A DNA stretch of 64,000 bases from Spirochaetia bacterium (GCA_965196605.1 CBDAKK010000003.1:80821-144820), one strand, 5' to 3'; shown: positions 30,347 to 40,716, numbered from the stretch's first letter. Notes: generated by a model not told the origin, from the letters alone. Numbers and translations are program-made.

Positions 30347-31317
30347 AAAAACATCATTTTTACGAAGGTATGACACCTACCCCCAACGACTTCGATATAC
30401 TTCAGCAGAATACCGAGGATGCGCTACATGAGAGTACGCACGCTATCACAGGCACGGGTGTACTCTCGGGGCTAACCGTGAGCATGGATGGCGCGGGGAA
30501 GGTTGTCATTAGTGCGGGAGATGCTGTTGCCCCTAATGGACAACGGCTCGCGCTCACCGCCAAGACTACAATAGATAAAAAAGACGGACTCGTGGTACTG
30601 CGTCACTCGGTTGTAGATACTACCACAACGCACGATATTCAACAAAAGCAAACATGGAAAACACGCGGGGATAAGACTACCGTGCATGTCGTTTTGTCTA
30701 CGGACAAACAAGCCAATGATGTTGTCCTCGCACAAGTGAAAAACAATACCATCGACCTTACACCCCGTGAATCTGCGCACGGATGGAATTCTCTTACCTC
30801 ACTACGTCAGCAGTTAAAAAGTGAACTTATGGCTGAAATCACCAAAGCAAAAACCGAAGCACAAAACGCCATCACGCAAGCAAAGAAAGACGTACTAAAT
30901 TCCGCCATTCCCATCGGCTTTATCTACACCCAGTTTCCAAACCAACCTACTCCACAACAACTCTGGGGCAACACCATGACATGGCAAAACATCAGTAGTC
31001 AATACGCAGATTGCTTCTTTCGTGCCGAGGGTAGGGACAACGACTATTATGGCGCAAAAAAATTTCAAACAGGAAAACAGACTGATGCTATTCGAGATTT
31101 TACATTTGCATTTAAGACAAATTTGGGATGGGGTTATGGCTCGCAACAAAACATGAGCATTGTAGATCAAGGAGACGACTGGGGTTGGTCAGATGGCTCA
31201 TCTAGAAGACACAGTGATAGAGTAGGATATAGATTTTCCGTATCTACAGTAGTTACCACTGCAGCTGAAAATAGACCCGTAAATTACACCGTGCGTATTT
31301 GGAAACGCACTGCATAA
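30343..31317 (+). CDS. Putative phage tail-fibre / receptor-binding protein (gpH position), right arm
   Basis: Identical 324 aa protein to 27756..28730. Even the embedded antisense ORFs are identical, so the two copies are identical at nucleotide level. Confidence 0.5.
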   Translation: MKKHHFYEGMTPTPNDFDILQQNTEDALHESTHAITGTGVLSGLTVSMDGAGKVVISAGDAVAPNGQRLALTAKTTIDKKDGLVVLRHSVVDTTTTHDIQQKQTWKTRGDKTTVHVVLSTDKQANDVVLAQVKNNTIDLTPRESAHGWNSLTSLRQQLKSELMAEITKAKTEAQNAITQAKKDVLNSAIPIGFIYTQFPNQPTPQQLWGNTMTWQNISSQYADCFFRAEGRDNDYYGAKKFQTGKQTDAIRDFTFAFKTNLGWGYGSQQNMSIVDQGDDWGWSDGSSRRHSDRVGYRFSVSTVVTTAAENRPVNYTVRIWKRTA

Positions 31318-31330
31318 AGGAGCACTAAAA

Positions 31331-31738
31331 ATGAGCACAAAAACATATTACGAACTAGACAAAAATGGACACATCATAGGGCAGTTTGATAGCCCACCAC
31401 CCAAAGACTTAAGTCTTACCATAGCACACACCACACCGCCGCCGCAGGCCATGCTCAAGCCCTCATGGGTCGGCGATACCACCACAGGCACATGGGTAGA
31501 CGCCGCCACGCGTGCAGAGCAGGAAGACTGTATTGACGGAGAAACTGACGCTGCCATTCAAAACTGGGCACGCGAAAAAGGCAAAAACGAAGCCTACTAC
31601 ATAAACTGCGGCATACGCGTGTGCATAAACAAAATCACGGATACCACCAATATTGACTACCGCCACTACCACGAATACCGTGCATATGTAGACGCTCAAA
31701 AGAAACTTAGTAAAGCAAAAAAAGACGCGCTACCATAA
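31331..31738 (+). CDS. Small protein in the tail-fibre-assembly (gpG) position, right arm
   Basis: Identical 135 aa protein to 27335..27742. Confidence 0.4.
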   Translation: MSTKTYYELDKNGHIIGQFDSPPPKDLSLTIAHTTPPPQAMLKPSWVGDTTTGTWVDAATRAEQEDCIDGETDAAIQNWAREKGKNEAYYINCGIRVCINKITDTTNIDYRHYHEYRAYVDAQKKLSKAKKDALP

Positions 31739-31888
31739 ACAAAAAAGTGGCAGCCTGCGGGTGTACCAGCACCCACTGGCGAGTATTGTAGAAGCATACT
31801 CACAGCCCCTATGTGGTGTTACAACACAACCCCACACACGGTAACACTGCTACCACCATACTGTTATATCGGTGTGAGGCAGGTTACT

Positions 31889-32749
31889 ATGTACGGAGTA
31901 TTTGAACTTTTTATGAAAACACCACTTACCTATTACGGAGGTAAACAGTCTATGACACGCACCATCGTGCCACGACTGCACCCTCACACGTGCTATGTCG
32001 AGCCCTTCTGTGGCGGCGCGGCCGTCTTTTTCGCAAAAGAACCCGCGCCCATTGAAACACTCAATGACACCAACGCTGAAATTACAAACTTCTTTTCAGT
32101 CGTGCAAACAAAAAAACAGGAACTTACATCTCTTGTTGTAAGCACATCTCATAGTCGCAGAGCTCACAGCGATGCTCGTGTTGTCTATCAGAACCCACAC
32201 CTCTTTAACCCCGTAAAACGCGCATGGGCTGTGTGGGTCTTAGCGCATCAATCATTCGCACACGACTTCCATGGTGCCTTCAGGTTCTCTCGCTCCGTGC
32301 GTAGCACAACAAGTAACGCACTCGCGCGCAAACGAGATACCTTCGATGTCCACACACTCGCACAACGCATCAAGTATGTGCAGTTAGAATGTGACGATGC
32401 ACTCACCATCATACAACGCTATGATACTCCGCACACGCTTTTCTACTGCGACCCACCATACTTTAATGCACATATGGGACACTACGGAGGATACACCGAA
32501 CAAGACTTTTACGCACTCCTGAAAAGTCTTAGTGCTATACAGGGAACATTTCTCTTAAGTTCGTATCCCTCGGACACTCTGCAGAGTTTCACCTCAAAAC
32601 ACGGATGGTACACACAGTGTTCTCGGAGACGTATTGTTAATTCGCCTCAAGGTCATACTAAATCAAAGACCGAAGTACTTACCGCAAACTACAATACAGA
32701 GTTCATCGCACAAGAGTATGCACTCAAACCATGTGAGGTGGCTGCATGA
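31889..32749 (+). CDS. DNA adenine methyltransferase, Dam/D12-class (copy A', right arm)
   Basis: Same motifs as 26324..27184 ('EPFCGGAAVFF', 'DPPYFNAH'). The start is chosen at 'MYGVFELFMKTPL', matching the left copy. Confidence 0.8.
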   Translation: MYGVFELFMKTPLTYYGGKQSMTRTIVPRLHPHTCYVEPFCGGAAVFFAKEPAPIETLNDTNAEITNFFSVVQTKKQELTSLVVSTSHSRRAHSDARVVYQNPHLFNPVKRAWAVWVLAHQSFAHDFHGAFRFSRSVRSTTSNALARKRDTFDVHTLAQRIKYVQLECDDALTIIQRYDTPHTLFYCDPPYFNAHMGHYGGYTEQDFYALLKSLSAIQGTFLLSSYPSDTLQSFTSKHGWYTQCSRRRIVNSPQGHTKSKTEVLTANYNTEFIAQEYALKPCEVAA

Positions 32750-33570
32750 AGACGCCAGTGAGCTATTACGGAGGTAAGCAAAATCTCGTCAAAGAAATCG
32801 TCCCACTCCTACACCCACACACCTGTTACGTAGAACCCTTCTGCGGCGGTGCCGCTATCTTCTTCGCAAAGAAACCTTCAGAAATGGAAACACTTAACGA
32901 CACAAACGGTGAGCTTATGAATTTCTACCGCATAGTACAGCAAGACTTTGTCTCACTCGAAAAACAAATACAAATCACGCTTCACAGCCGTATGGCACAC
33001 CACGATGCGCTTGTTACATACAACAACCCGCACCGCTTCTCGCCCCTTGAGCGTGCGTGGGCAGTGTGGGTTTTGTCTCAAGAATCGTTCTGCTCCATGC
33101 TTGATGGCTCTTTCGGATACGACATGAGCGGCACTACTGCCCGCAAAATAGCACGCAAACGCGATACATTCTCTTACCACTACGCACAGCGACTCCAGCA
33201 TGTACAGCTCGAATGTACAGACGCGATTAAAATCATACGCACCTACGACAGTCCTCATACTCTCTTTTACTGCGACCCACCGTATTACAACAGCGACTGT
33301 GGACACTATGACGGATACACCATAGAAGACTACACCGCACTCCTCAAGGCACTTAGTGTCATTGAGGGAAAATTCCTGTTAAGTTCTTATCCATCACCCG
33401 TGCTGGAAGAGTGCATACAGAAACACCGCTGGGATACAAAGCGCATGAAATTCACGGTTTCTATAGGAACTGGTACTCGGGACAAGGAAAAAACCGAGGC
33501 GCTTACCGCAAATTACACACTGGAAAAACAATACGATTTAGTCGATTTGATGCAGTTCCGAGAAGAGTGA
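32746..33570 (+). CDS. DNA adenine methyltransferase, Dam/D12-class (copy B', right arm)
   Basis: 274 aa. It differs from 25503..26327 by about 5 residues. Confidence 0.85.
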   Translation: MKTPVSYYGGKQNLVKEIVPLLHPHTCYVEPFCGGAAIFFAKKPSEMETLNDTNGELMNFYRIVQQDFVSLEKQIQITLHSRMAHHDALVTYNNPHRFSPLERAWAVWVLSQESFCSMLDGSFGYDMSGTTARKIARKRDTFSYHYAQRLQHVQLECTDAIKIIRTYDSPHTLFYCDPPYYNSDCGHYDGYTIEDYTALLKALSVIEGKFLLSSYPSPVLEECIQKHRWDTKRMKFTVSIGTGTRDKEKTEALTANYTLEKQYDLVDLMQFREE

Positions 33571-34018
33571 CAAAATACACTCTATTACCCCCCCATTAAA
33601 TCCCATCTAAAGACACGTTAAAACACATATAGACACTCTAAAATACGGTATTTTCTCAATTCAACTGCAACTTTTTCTCAAATCACTTGCCCCCTACAGC
33701 ACAAAGAGTTGTAGTATATAAAACTCATTTGTATATGCTACAACTCTAATTGCTTGGTTTATCTCATTTTTTTAGCGGAATTTATCTCGCGCGGGTATAC
33801 ATAATTTAACTCCTGTAAAATATTAATTTTTATGTATGTACAGTATAACATAATTACAAATTAATTAAATTAATATTTCATTTGTGAAATTTATGTGAGA
33901 ATAAATTATGAGACTGCCAGCATAGCTTCGCCAGCAATGATGACGCACAAATAACTTGCAGCCTGCAGGTTTGGGTGGCGTTGTCGTTTCTAGGCTGTAA
34001 AGCAACTCACTTCAGCGC

Positions 34019-34825
34019 CTACGAGCCCTTATAACCCCACACCGCCGCGTCTGCGCCCTTGTCCAAAAGCCACGTGTGCGGCTCCACAAACTGGCGGCTG
34101 TCGGGGCCAAACTTTGCCTCAGGCAAGTGTGGTATCATCCATATATAATACATGGCGTAGCCCGGCGCCGCGGTTTGCGGATGCACCACCCAGGGCTCTA
34201 TCATAAGCGTGGACTTGTCTTTGAGCTTGTACACCTTGTCCCCCACCTCCCCAAAGCCAAAGCCGTGAGAAGGAAAAAACCTATAGTGGTAGACCTCGGG
34301 CTGCGGGTGATTGTGTGGCGGGTAGCTCGACCACCTACCGGGAAAGTTGACCACCTCACCGAGCACCATGTTGGAATACGGCGCACTTGCTGCGTCAAAA
34401 ACCGTGCGCACCACGCGCGTTGAGGTGCCCTGCAACACCCCGTCCCCAAACTTGGCAGTTTGCACCTCACTGGGCGCGTAAAACACCGGCGCAAAGTCGC
34501 GCGCATTCTCTGTTTGCTGCAAGGCAAGCTCCGCCTCACCGTGCGCCTCAATTTCAACCGCGCAGCCCGCGCTCACATGCAGCACATGCGGCGCCTCGTC
34601 CAAGAGCGAACCACGCGAAACGCGCTGCGTGCCCCCATTCCAACTCAGCGTAAGCGAGCCGTTTAAAACTAACAGCGCGCTCTCACAACGCTCACTTACT
34701 ACGCGGTAGCGCTGCCCCTGTTGCAAGTTTATAAGCCCAAAGTTCATGAGCATGGCGCTGTGCTTGCCATCACGTTCGGTTATGGGCGTGTACACCCCCT
34801 CACCCTGCGAGTAGTACTCTATCAT
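34019..34825 (-). CDS. iolB: 5-deoxy-glucuronate isomerase-like cupin (IolB/KduI family), paralog 1
   Basis: 'GRWSSYPPHNHPQPEVYHYRF' is the IolB signature region. Length is 268 aa. Confidence 0.7.
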   Translation of the reverse strand: MIEYYSQGEGVYTPITERDGKHSAMLMNFGLINLQQGQRYRVVSERCESALLVLNGSLTLSWNGGTQRVSRGSLLDEAPHVLHVSAGCAVEIEAHGEAELALQQTENARDFAPVFYAPSEVQTAKFGDGVLQGTSTRVVRTVFDAASAPYSNMVLGEVVNFPGRWSSYPPHNHPQPEVYHYRFFPSHGFGFGEVGDKVYKLKDKSTLMIEPWVVHPQTAAPGYAMYYIWMIPHLPEAKFGPDSRQFVEPHTWLLDKGADAAVWGYKGS

Positions 34826-34930
34826 AGCCTCTCCTTCTTCTTAATCTACAACCATGGCAACCTAAATATATATAGAAAGCCTCTGTCCTATATATTCTGT
34901 CCTACTATATATAGCCATTGTATAGCCTGC

Positions 34931-35950
34931 CTATATCTCCGAAACGCGCACAATGCGCTTCTCTTTAAACGAAACCGTGAAGGCCTCCGCCACTTGGTTG
35001 GCGTACACCCCGTCATCCACGCTTATGGGTGAAGCCTTGCCCTCCACAATGCATGAGAAAAACTGCTCAGCCTCAGTACGAAAGGCATCCTCAAACCTGT
35101 CGAAGAAGGTGTACACGCATTCCTGCCGCTTACCATGCTTGTCCAAAATTTCCACGTCCGTCCACGCAGGCGTAAAGCCTATGCGCAGCATACCCTTTGT
35201 GCCATATATCTCCGCCTGTGTAGCATGCCCATGATGCGCGGTGCGACTTGCCGATATAATAGCTATCTTGCCATCAGCGCACTGCCCCGTGGCCACCGTG
35301 TTGTCCGCATCCCCCATGTCGCCAAACTCAGGAAAGGCGCGGCTCGTCCCCACAGCGTGCACGCTCTCTACGTCGCTTTGCAAAAACCAGCGCGCAAGGT
35401 CTATGTCATGCACGTTAAAGTCGTAGAATATGCCACCCGAGGTCTTGGTAAAACCAAGCTGGAAGGGCGCAAAGTCGCTGTGGTCTACGGTTTGCGACTT
35501 TATTAAAAACGGCTCTCCAATGAGCCCCTCCTCTATGTTTTGCTTTGCGCGCATGTACGCCTTATCAAAGCGCCGCACAAAGCCCAGCATAAAAACTCGG
35601 CTCGGCTTTTGGTGCACGGCAAGCTCCCCTTGCACCGCGCGGCACTCCTCCATGCTCACGCCCAAGGGCTTTTTACAAAACACATGCTTGCCCGCCTTTA
35701 CACCCTTGGTAATGTGCGCCGCATGCTCCGAAGTACTCGTTGCCATAAACAGCGCCTCTACATCACTACGCGCTAGCAAGTCGTCAAAGTCCTCATACAA
35801 CTCCACATCACCCAAATGCTCACGCGCCCACGCAAGCTCCTCAGGCACAATGCTACACACAGCACGCACCCTACACTCGGGTATACGCTGCAAGTTTTTC
35901 GCATGGCTCTTGCCAATGCGACCCAGTCCAATAAGCGCAGTCTTTATCAT
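34931..35950 (-). CDS. iolG: Gfo/Idh/MocA oxidoreductase, myo-inositol 2-dehydrogenase-like
   Basis: 'KTALIGLGRIGKSHAKNL' Rossmann motif and 'HVFCEKPL'. The start is set at the internal Met (MIKTAL). Confidence 0.75.
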   Translation of the reverse strand: MIKTALIGLGRIGKSHAKNLQRIPECRVRAVCSIVPEELAWAREHLGDVELYEDFDDLLARSDVEALFMATSTSEHAAHITKGVKAGKHVFCKKPLGVSMEECRAVQGELAVHQKPSRVFMLGFVRRFDKAYMRAKQNIEEGLIGEPFLIKSQTVDHSDFAPFQLGFTKTSGGIFYDFNVHDIDLARWFLQSDVESVHAVGTSRAFPEFGDMGDADNTVATGQCADGKIAIISASRTAHHGHATQAEIYGTKGMLRIGFTPAWTDVEILDKHGKRQECVYTFFDRFEDAFRTEAEQFFSCIVEGKASPISVDDGVYANQVAEAFTVSFKEKRIVRVSEI

Positions 35951-36072
35951 GTCCTTACTGTAATGAGCGCGAAACACCCCTGTCTACGCACCACCCCCAA
36001 TAGCAAACAACACTAAAAAAGGACAACACGTATTCCTAATACTGTGTTGCTGCACTTCACAAGCTCAGCGCT

Positions 36073-37503
36073 TCATTGGCATTGCCCATGCGAGAGTGTA
36101 CGACCCTTTACACAATAGGTTTCCCTTATCCCAATACCACTCAGAAAGTCCCTGTCGTGGGATATCACCATCATCGCAGCGGGGTAATGAGAGAGAATCT
36201 GGCTCACATGCTGCTTCGTCTCAATGTCGAGGTTATTCGTAACCTCATCTAACAACAACAATTGCGGCGTAGAAGCTGCAATGAGCGCAAGAGACAAACG
36301 CGCCTTTTCTCCCCCCGAAAGCCTCCTCACCAATGCATCCAGCTCCTCATTGTTACGAAACAAAAAATTGTGTAAGTGCGCACGCATCTGTGCTTCGCTC
36401 CATGCAGGCACGCGCTCATGCAAGGACTCTATAACCGAACTCTCGAGATTTAAAAAGGCATAATGCTGATCAAGATACCCAATGGCGGCTGCCCTTGGCA
36501 TATGCCAGTCGCCCGTTGTAATGACCTCAGGACTATTCAGAATAGCCTTGAATATTGTAGACTTGCCACTGCCATTATCTCCGCTTATAGCAACTCGTGC
36601 TTGCGAAGAGACACAAATATTGATGTTCCTCACAAGCGAAGGCCTCGCTTCATAGCCCACCGCTCCCTCATTAATGGACAGCAGTGTAGCACCCCTTACA
36701 ACACCAGAGGGTAAGGAAAACCTTGGAGCACCAAGCTCCCCCAAGGGCATGTCAGACAAGGCTTGCAAAACACGCCGCTTTGTGTGGGCAATGGCTTTAT
36801 TGTTTTTATTCTGCGTCATTTGCCCCCGCCCCTGCGCCGCCTTTAAGGCAAGCGTATCTCCCGAGTACTTTTTCTCACCATACGCTTTTCTCTTCTTAGC
36901 CCTCCGTTGTTCTTTCATAAGCGCCTCATGCGTCTGCTTCTTCTCTTCCTTCAGACGCATCAGTTGCACTTCCATAGACTTCCTTTTGGCATGCCTCTCG
37001 TTCATATAATCAGCGTAGCGCCCAGAAAAGACATGCACCGCTCCATGCTCAATGTGCCATAAGGTGCTCGTTACGGTGTTCAAAAGCTCAGCATCATGCG
37101 AGGCAATAATTACAGTCCCATAATATGAGGCAAGCATTTTCATAATGCGCCTTCTATTCTTACCGTCCAAGTGATTAGTCGGTTCGTCTAACAATAAAAG
37201 CGCAGGCTCCATCATCAACTCATTGGTCAAAGCCGTAATAAAACGCTGCCCACCACTCACAGCATGAGAGGCTTCAATAACCTGTGGAACGTACCCACAA
37301 CGCACGTCACTTGGCAGTGTTATAGCACCATGCGCAGGCTCCAACTCCCCCCGCAGCGCCTTGAGCAAGACTGATTTTCCCGAGCCATTCCTACCAATAA
37401 CGCCAATGCGGCTGTGAGGAAAAACCCGAGTACTAAAGTTTTCAAAACACACCTTGTGGGAGAAGGCAAGGCACAGGTTCTGTATTACCATTGGTTTATG
37501 CAT
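36073..37503 (-). CDS. ABC-F family ATPase (two ABC domains joined by a charged linker, no TM domain)
   Basis: 'GRNGSGKS' and 'GDNGSGKST' Walker A motifs. Signatures 'VSGGQRFITAL' and 'LSGGEKARLSLA'. A K/R/E-rich inter-domain linker. Confidence 0.75.
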   Translation of the reverse strand: MHKPMVIQNLCLAFSHKVCFENFSTRVFPHSRIGVIGRNGSGKSVLLKALRGELEPAHGAITLPSDVRCGYVPQVIEASHAVSGGQRFITALTNELMMEPALLLLDEPTNHLDGKNRRRIMKMLASYYGTVIIASHDAELLNTVTSTLWHIEHGAVHVFSGRYADYMNERHAKRKSMEVQLMRLKEEKKQTHEALMKEQRRAKKRKAYGEKKYSGDTLALKAAQGRGQMTQNKNNKAIAHTKRRVLQALSDMPLGELGAPRFSLPSGVVRGATLLSINEGAVGYEARPSLVRNINICVSSQARVAISGDNGSGKSTIFKAILNSPEVITTGDWHMPRAAAIGYLDQHYAFLNLESSVIESLHERVPAWSEAQMRAHLHNFLFRNNEELDALVRRLSGGEKARLSLALIAASTPQLLLLDEVTNNLDIETKQHVSQILSHYPAAMMVISHDRDFLSGIGIRETYCVKGRTLSHGQCQ

Positions 37504-37627
37504 GAGCAGACTTCCTTACAGTATAGCTATATGTACCATTTACTAAACAACACTAAAAAAGGACGCATCTATGTTAGCTTGAAAGTAAAGAATAATGCAA
37601 CACCTTTGCATATAATAAGTAACAATT

Positions 37628-38632
37628 ATGGCACCTACTGCTTTTAAAGAACAAGCCCCCATTGACTGCATAACACTGGGGCGTGCAAACGTAGACCTAT
37701 ACCCACCCGTGGGGCAGCGCCTTAATGCAGCGCGCACCTACGAGGTATTTGTGGGAGGCTCGCCCGCCAACATTGCCGTAGGCATTGCAAAACACGGCCT
37801 CAAGACGGGCATTATAACGCGCGTGGCAGACGACGCACACGGGCGCTTTGTGGTAGACTACCTCACCGCCTGTGGAATTGACACCACACAAGTACAGTAC
37901 GACACCAGTGGCAAAAAAACCTCCCTTGCCTTTGCCGAACGCTGCAGGGAAGACGCCACAACCATTATGTACCGCGAAGCCGCCACAGACATTGCCCTCG
38001 ATGCACGCGAACTCTCACAAGCATACATAGAGTCAGCAAAGGCGCTGTTTATATCCGGCACCGCCTTGGTGCAAGAACCCTCACGCAGTGCTGTACATGA
38101 AGCAATACGCATGGCCAATGCGACGGACGTCTTCCTTGCCATGGACATAGACTACCGCCCCTACGGGTGGAGCTCTGAAAAAGAAACCAAAAGCGTCTTG
38201 TCAGAAGCTGCGCGCAAATGCCACCTCCTCATAGGCACACGCGACGAGTTTGAAGTGCTGGGCTGCGATCCAAGCATGAGCGACGAAGCATGCGCAGAAG
38301 GCTTTTTACGAGAGCGCGCAGAACTGGTGGTAATAAAATACGGCAAAAAAGGCGCACACGCCTTTAGCAAGAGTGGCGCAACGCACCGCGGCATGATACT
38401 GCCCGCGCGCCTTGTAAAACCATGGGGCGCAGGAGACGCCTTTGCAAGCTCCTTACTCGCCACCCTCATGCAAGGCGAAAACCTTGAACAGTCGCTTACC
38501 TACGGCGCAGCAGCAGCCGCCTTGGTAATTTCGGGCAACTCATGCACCGAAGCCATGCCCAACCGCGAAGAACTCGACCATTTTATATATCAATGGCGGA
38601 CCAAGAATTTGGACGCAACGTGGCAAGACTAA
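37628..38632 (+). CDS. iolC: PfkB-family carbohydrate kinase, 5-dehydro-2-deoxygluconokinase (IolC)-like
   Basis: N-terminus 'ITLGRANVDLYP...VGGSPANIAVG' and C-terminal 'GAGDAF' motif. Confidence 0.75.
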   Translation: MAPTAFKEQAPIDCITLGRANVDLYPPVGQRLNAARTYEVFVGGSPANIAVGIAKHGLKTGIITRVADDAHGRFVVDYLTACGIDTTQVQYDTSGKKTSLAFAERCREDATTIMYREAATDIALDARELSQAYIESAKALFISGTALVQEPSRSAVHEAIRMANATDVFLAMDIDYRPYGWSSEKETKSVLSEAARKCHLLIGTRDEFEVLGCDPSMSDEACAEGFLRERAELVVIKYGKKGAHAFSKSGATHRGMILPARLVKPWGAGDAFASSLLATLMQGENLEQSLTYGAAAAALVISGNSCTEAMPNREELDHFIYQWRTKNLDATWQD

Positions 38633-38698
38633 TGCACCATGAAGCATTAAGAAATGCGCAACACAATAATTAAGGAATGCACAATTTAAGGAGGAAGC

Positions 38699-39544
38699 AT
38701 GCCCGCACACATACAACCCTACAACAACGCCAACGTCCCCATAGTAGGGCAAGAGCACAACATGCTACAGCGCACCTTCTTTAATAAGGTAGTTCTCACA
38801 AAAGGTGAAAGTTTTTCATACACACTGCAAGACTACGAAAGCTGCTGCGTAGTAAGCAGTGGCACATGCACAATAGGCGTGGGCGAAGAACGCTATGAAC
38901 ACGTAGGCAAACGCCACCACTTGTTTGAAGGCAAGCCCGACTCCGTGTACGTGCCACGCGCCAAGCAAACCACCATAAAAGCGCAGTCCGAAACACTGGA
39001 GGTATACATTGCAGGCGGCAAAGCAGACAAGGACTTACCAGCATTTAGAATATCGCCTGAAGACGTAGAGGTGGTACAATATGGAAGCGACGAAACCAAG
39101 ACGCACCGCAAGATATACCACATACTGGGCAAGGCATTCGAAGGGCGCGTAGACAAACTGCTGGTAAGCGAACTCTTCACCGTAGGCGCGGGCGGCTGGT
39201 CGGGCTTTCCCCCACACAAACACCACGTAGAGCGAGTCCCGCACGAAACAGACCACGAAGAAGTCTACCACTTCAAATTTAACCCCGCACACGGCTTTGG
39301 CGCACAATTTGCCTATGTAGAAGACGACGACTTTGGCCCCGTCTACCACATAAAAGACGCCTCCACCATCATACTAGACAAGTCCTACCACCCCGCAGTA
39401 GCCGCCCCCGGCTACGAAATGTATTACTTCACCATACTGGTAGGCAAGTCACAACGCCCGCTTATACAGCACTTTCACCCCACACACGAGTACCAATGCC
39501 ACACCATACCGGGAATCATGGACATGGTAAGCGCCTTTAAATAG
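38699..39544 (+). CDS. iolB: 5-deoxy-glucuronate isomerase (IolB family), paralog 2
   Basis: 'GGWSGFPPHKHHVERVPHETDHEEVYHFKF' cupin signature. Length is 281 aa. Confidence 0.75.
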   Translation: MPAHIQPYNNANVPIVGQEHNMLQRTFFNKVVLTKGESFSYTLQDYESCCVVSSGTCTIGVGEERYEHVGKRHHLFEGKPDSVYVPRAKQTTIKAQSETLEVYIAGGKADKDLPAFRISPEDVEVVQYGSDETKTHRKIYHILGKAFEGRVDKLLVSELFTVGAGGWSGFPPHKHHVERVPHETDHEEVYHFKFNPAHGFGAQFAYVEDDDFGPVYHIKDASTIILDKSYHPAVAAPGYEMYYFTILVGKSQRPLIQHFHPTHEYQCHTIPGIMDMVSAFK

Positions 39545-39587
39545 CAATACACCAATACATGTATAGCCTTGCACTACAATATAAAGT

Positions 39588-40526
39588 ATGCAACGCAAAA
39601 TAAAACAACAGCAAATCATAACGGAACTCTTTGGATTCATCACGCAGCAGATGATACAGAACAACACCGCCAACCCCCTAGACGTGCGCATATCACTCAA
39701 CGAGTTTGAAACCCACCTCAACGCGAGACTCGGCACACAGCTGAGGTCTACGCAGCACATCTACCAACAAATACGCGCCTATGAACGCGCACGCTTTGTC
39801 AAGCTGTACAAACGCCTCCCCAACAACGTGGGCGACATCGTGCTCTCCATAAATGACGCAACCACCTATCAAGCAAAGTCCTTCTTGCATGTGGGACTCA
39901 AACTTGCACTTGCACATGGACTCTACGACCGCATATCCCACCTGTACGAAAAAGAGCAGCGTAAGCACGCGCTCAACATCTACTTTAGCGCAGGCACGGA
40001 GTCACTGTACTTGGCTCGGCGCCTGCTTGAAAACTACCAACACCCCCTCAACATTTACACGCACAACCTCGGCATTATACAAGCATATCTACAAGACTGC
40101 ATACACCTCAAACACATACACGTCTACACGCGCTTTGGTGCCATTAACCAAGAGACTTACACCATTTTGGAAGGCACAGAAGACCTCTATGCCAAAACCA
40201 GCTTTGACGTCATAATTGGCTCCACCGCCTACATTGACAAAAACGGCCTGTTCATAGAGTCGGAAGAAGAAAACCACTACAAGCGCGAAGCCTACAGCAT
40301 AATGCAAGGCTTACGCATACTCGTTTTGACCCTCTTTGAGTTTGCCGCCGACCCCAACGTGGTACAGCACAAGTACGCTAATGTCGAGGACTTTGACTAC
40401 ATCATAGTCCCCTCTAAAAAGCTCATTGACAAGTTTCGTACGCAGCTGGATGCGCTGCCCTTTGAAACCATTATTAGCTACTACACCTACGAGGTACTCG
40501 AGCAAAAAGGGCGCAACACCCAATAA
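39588..40526 (+). CDS. Hypothetical protein with a DeoR-C-like sugar-phosphate sensor fold (possible divergent IolR-type regulator)
   Basis: Segments 'IYFSAGTESLYLARRL', 'NIYTHNLGIIQAYL', 'VIIGSTAYIDKNGLF' and 'FDYIIVPSKKL' resemble the DeoR C-terminal domain. No clear HTH is found. It is adjacent to iolC/iolB. Confidence 0.35.
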   Translation: MQRKIKQQQIITELFGFITQQMIQNNTANPLDVRISLNEFETHLNARLGTQLRSTQHIYQQIRAYERARFVKLYKRLPNNVGDIVLSINDATTYQAKSFLHVGLKLALAHGLYDRISHLYEKEQRKHALNIYFSAGTESLYLARRLLENYQHPLNIYTHNLGIIQAYLQDCIHLKHIHVYTRFGAINQETYTILEGTEDLYAKTSFDVIIGSTAYIDKNGLFIESEEENHYKREAYSIMQGLRILVLTLFEFAADPNVVQHKYANVEDFDYIIVPSKKLIDKFRTQLDALPFETIISYYTYEVLEQKGRNTQ

Positions 40527-40565
40527 ACCACACCCTACAGGAGACACACCCTCACGCTGGCACAA

Positions 40566-40716
40566 GGGAAGTGTTCCCTCTAGAGCAGGGGAAGTGTTCC
40601 CTTAGGGCTGAGGGAGGTGTTCCCTCTAGGGCTGAGGGAGTGCCTAGCCTCAGGCTGGCTAGTGCGTAGCCTAGTGCGGGCTGAGCGCTTTGTGGGGGCG
40701 CGCTGCCCCACAAAGA
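40566..40716. terminator. Convergent-gene terminator region: three 23-bp direct repeats plus the GTGGGGG/CCCCCAC palindrome
   Basis: 'gggaagtgttccctctagagcag / gggaagtgttcccttagggctga / gggaggtgttccctctagggctga', then 'ctttgtgggggcgcgctgccccacaaag' (10 bp stem). Confidence 0.5.

Noticed and set aside
25378-33688. Site-specific invertase (Gin/Cin/Hin-like) or DGR reverse transcriptase controlling the tail-fibre inverted repeat
   Set aside because: No ~190 aa resolvase-family ORF or RT ORF exists anywhere between 21.9 and 34 kb. The arms are kilobase-scale rather than the 26-34 bp sites expected for an invertase.
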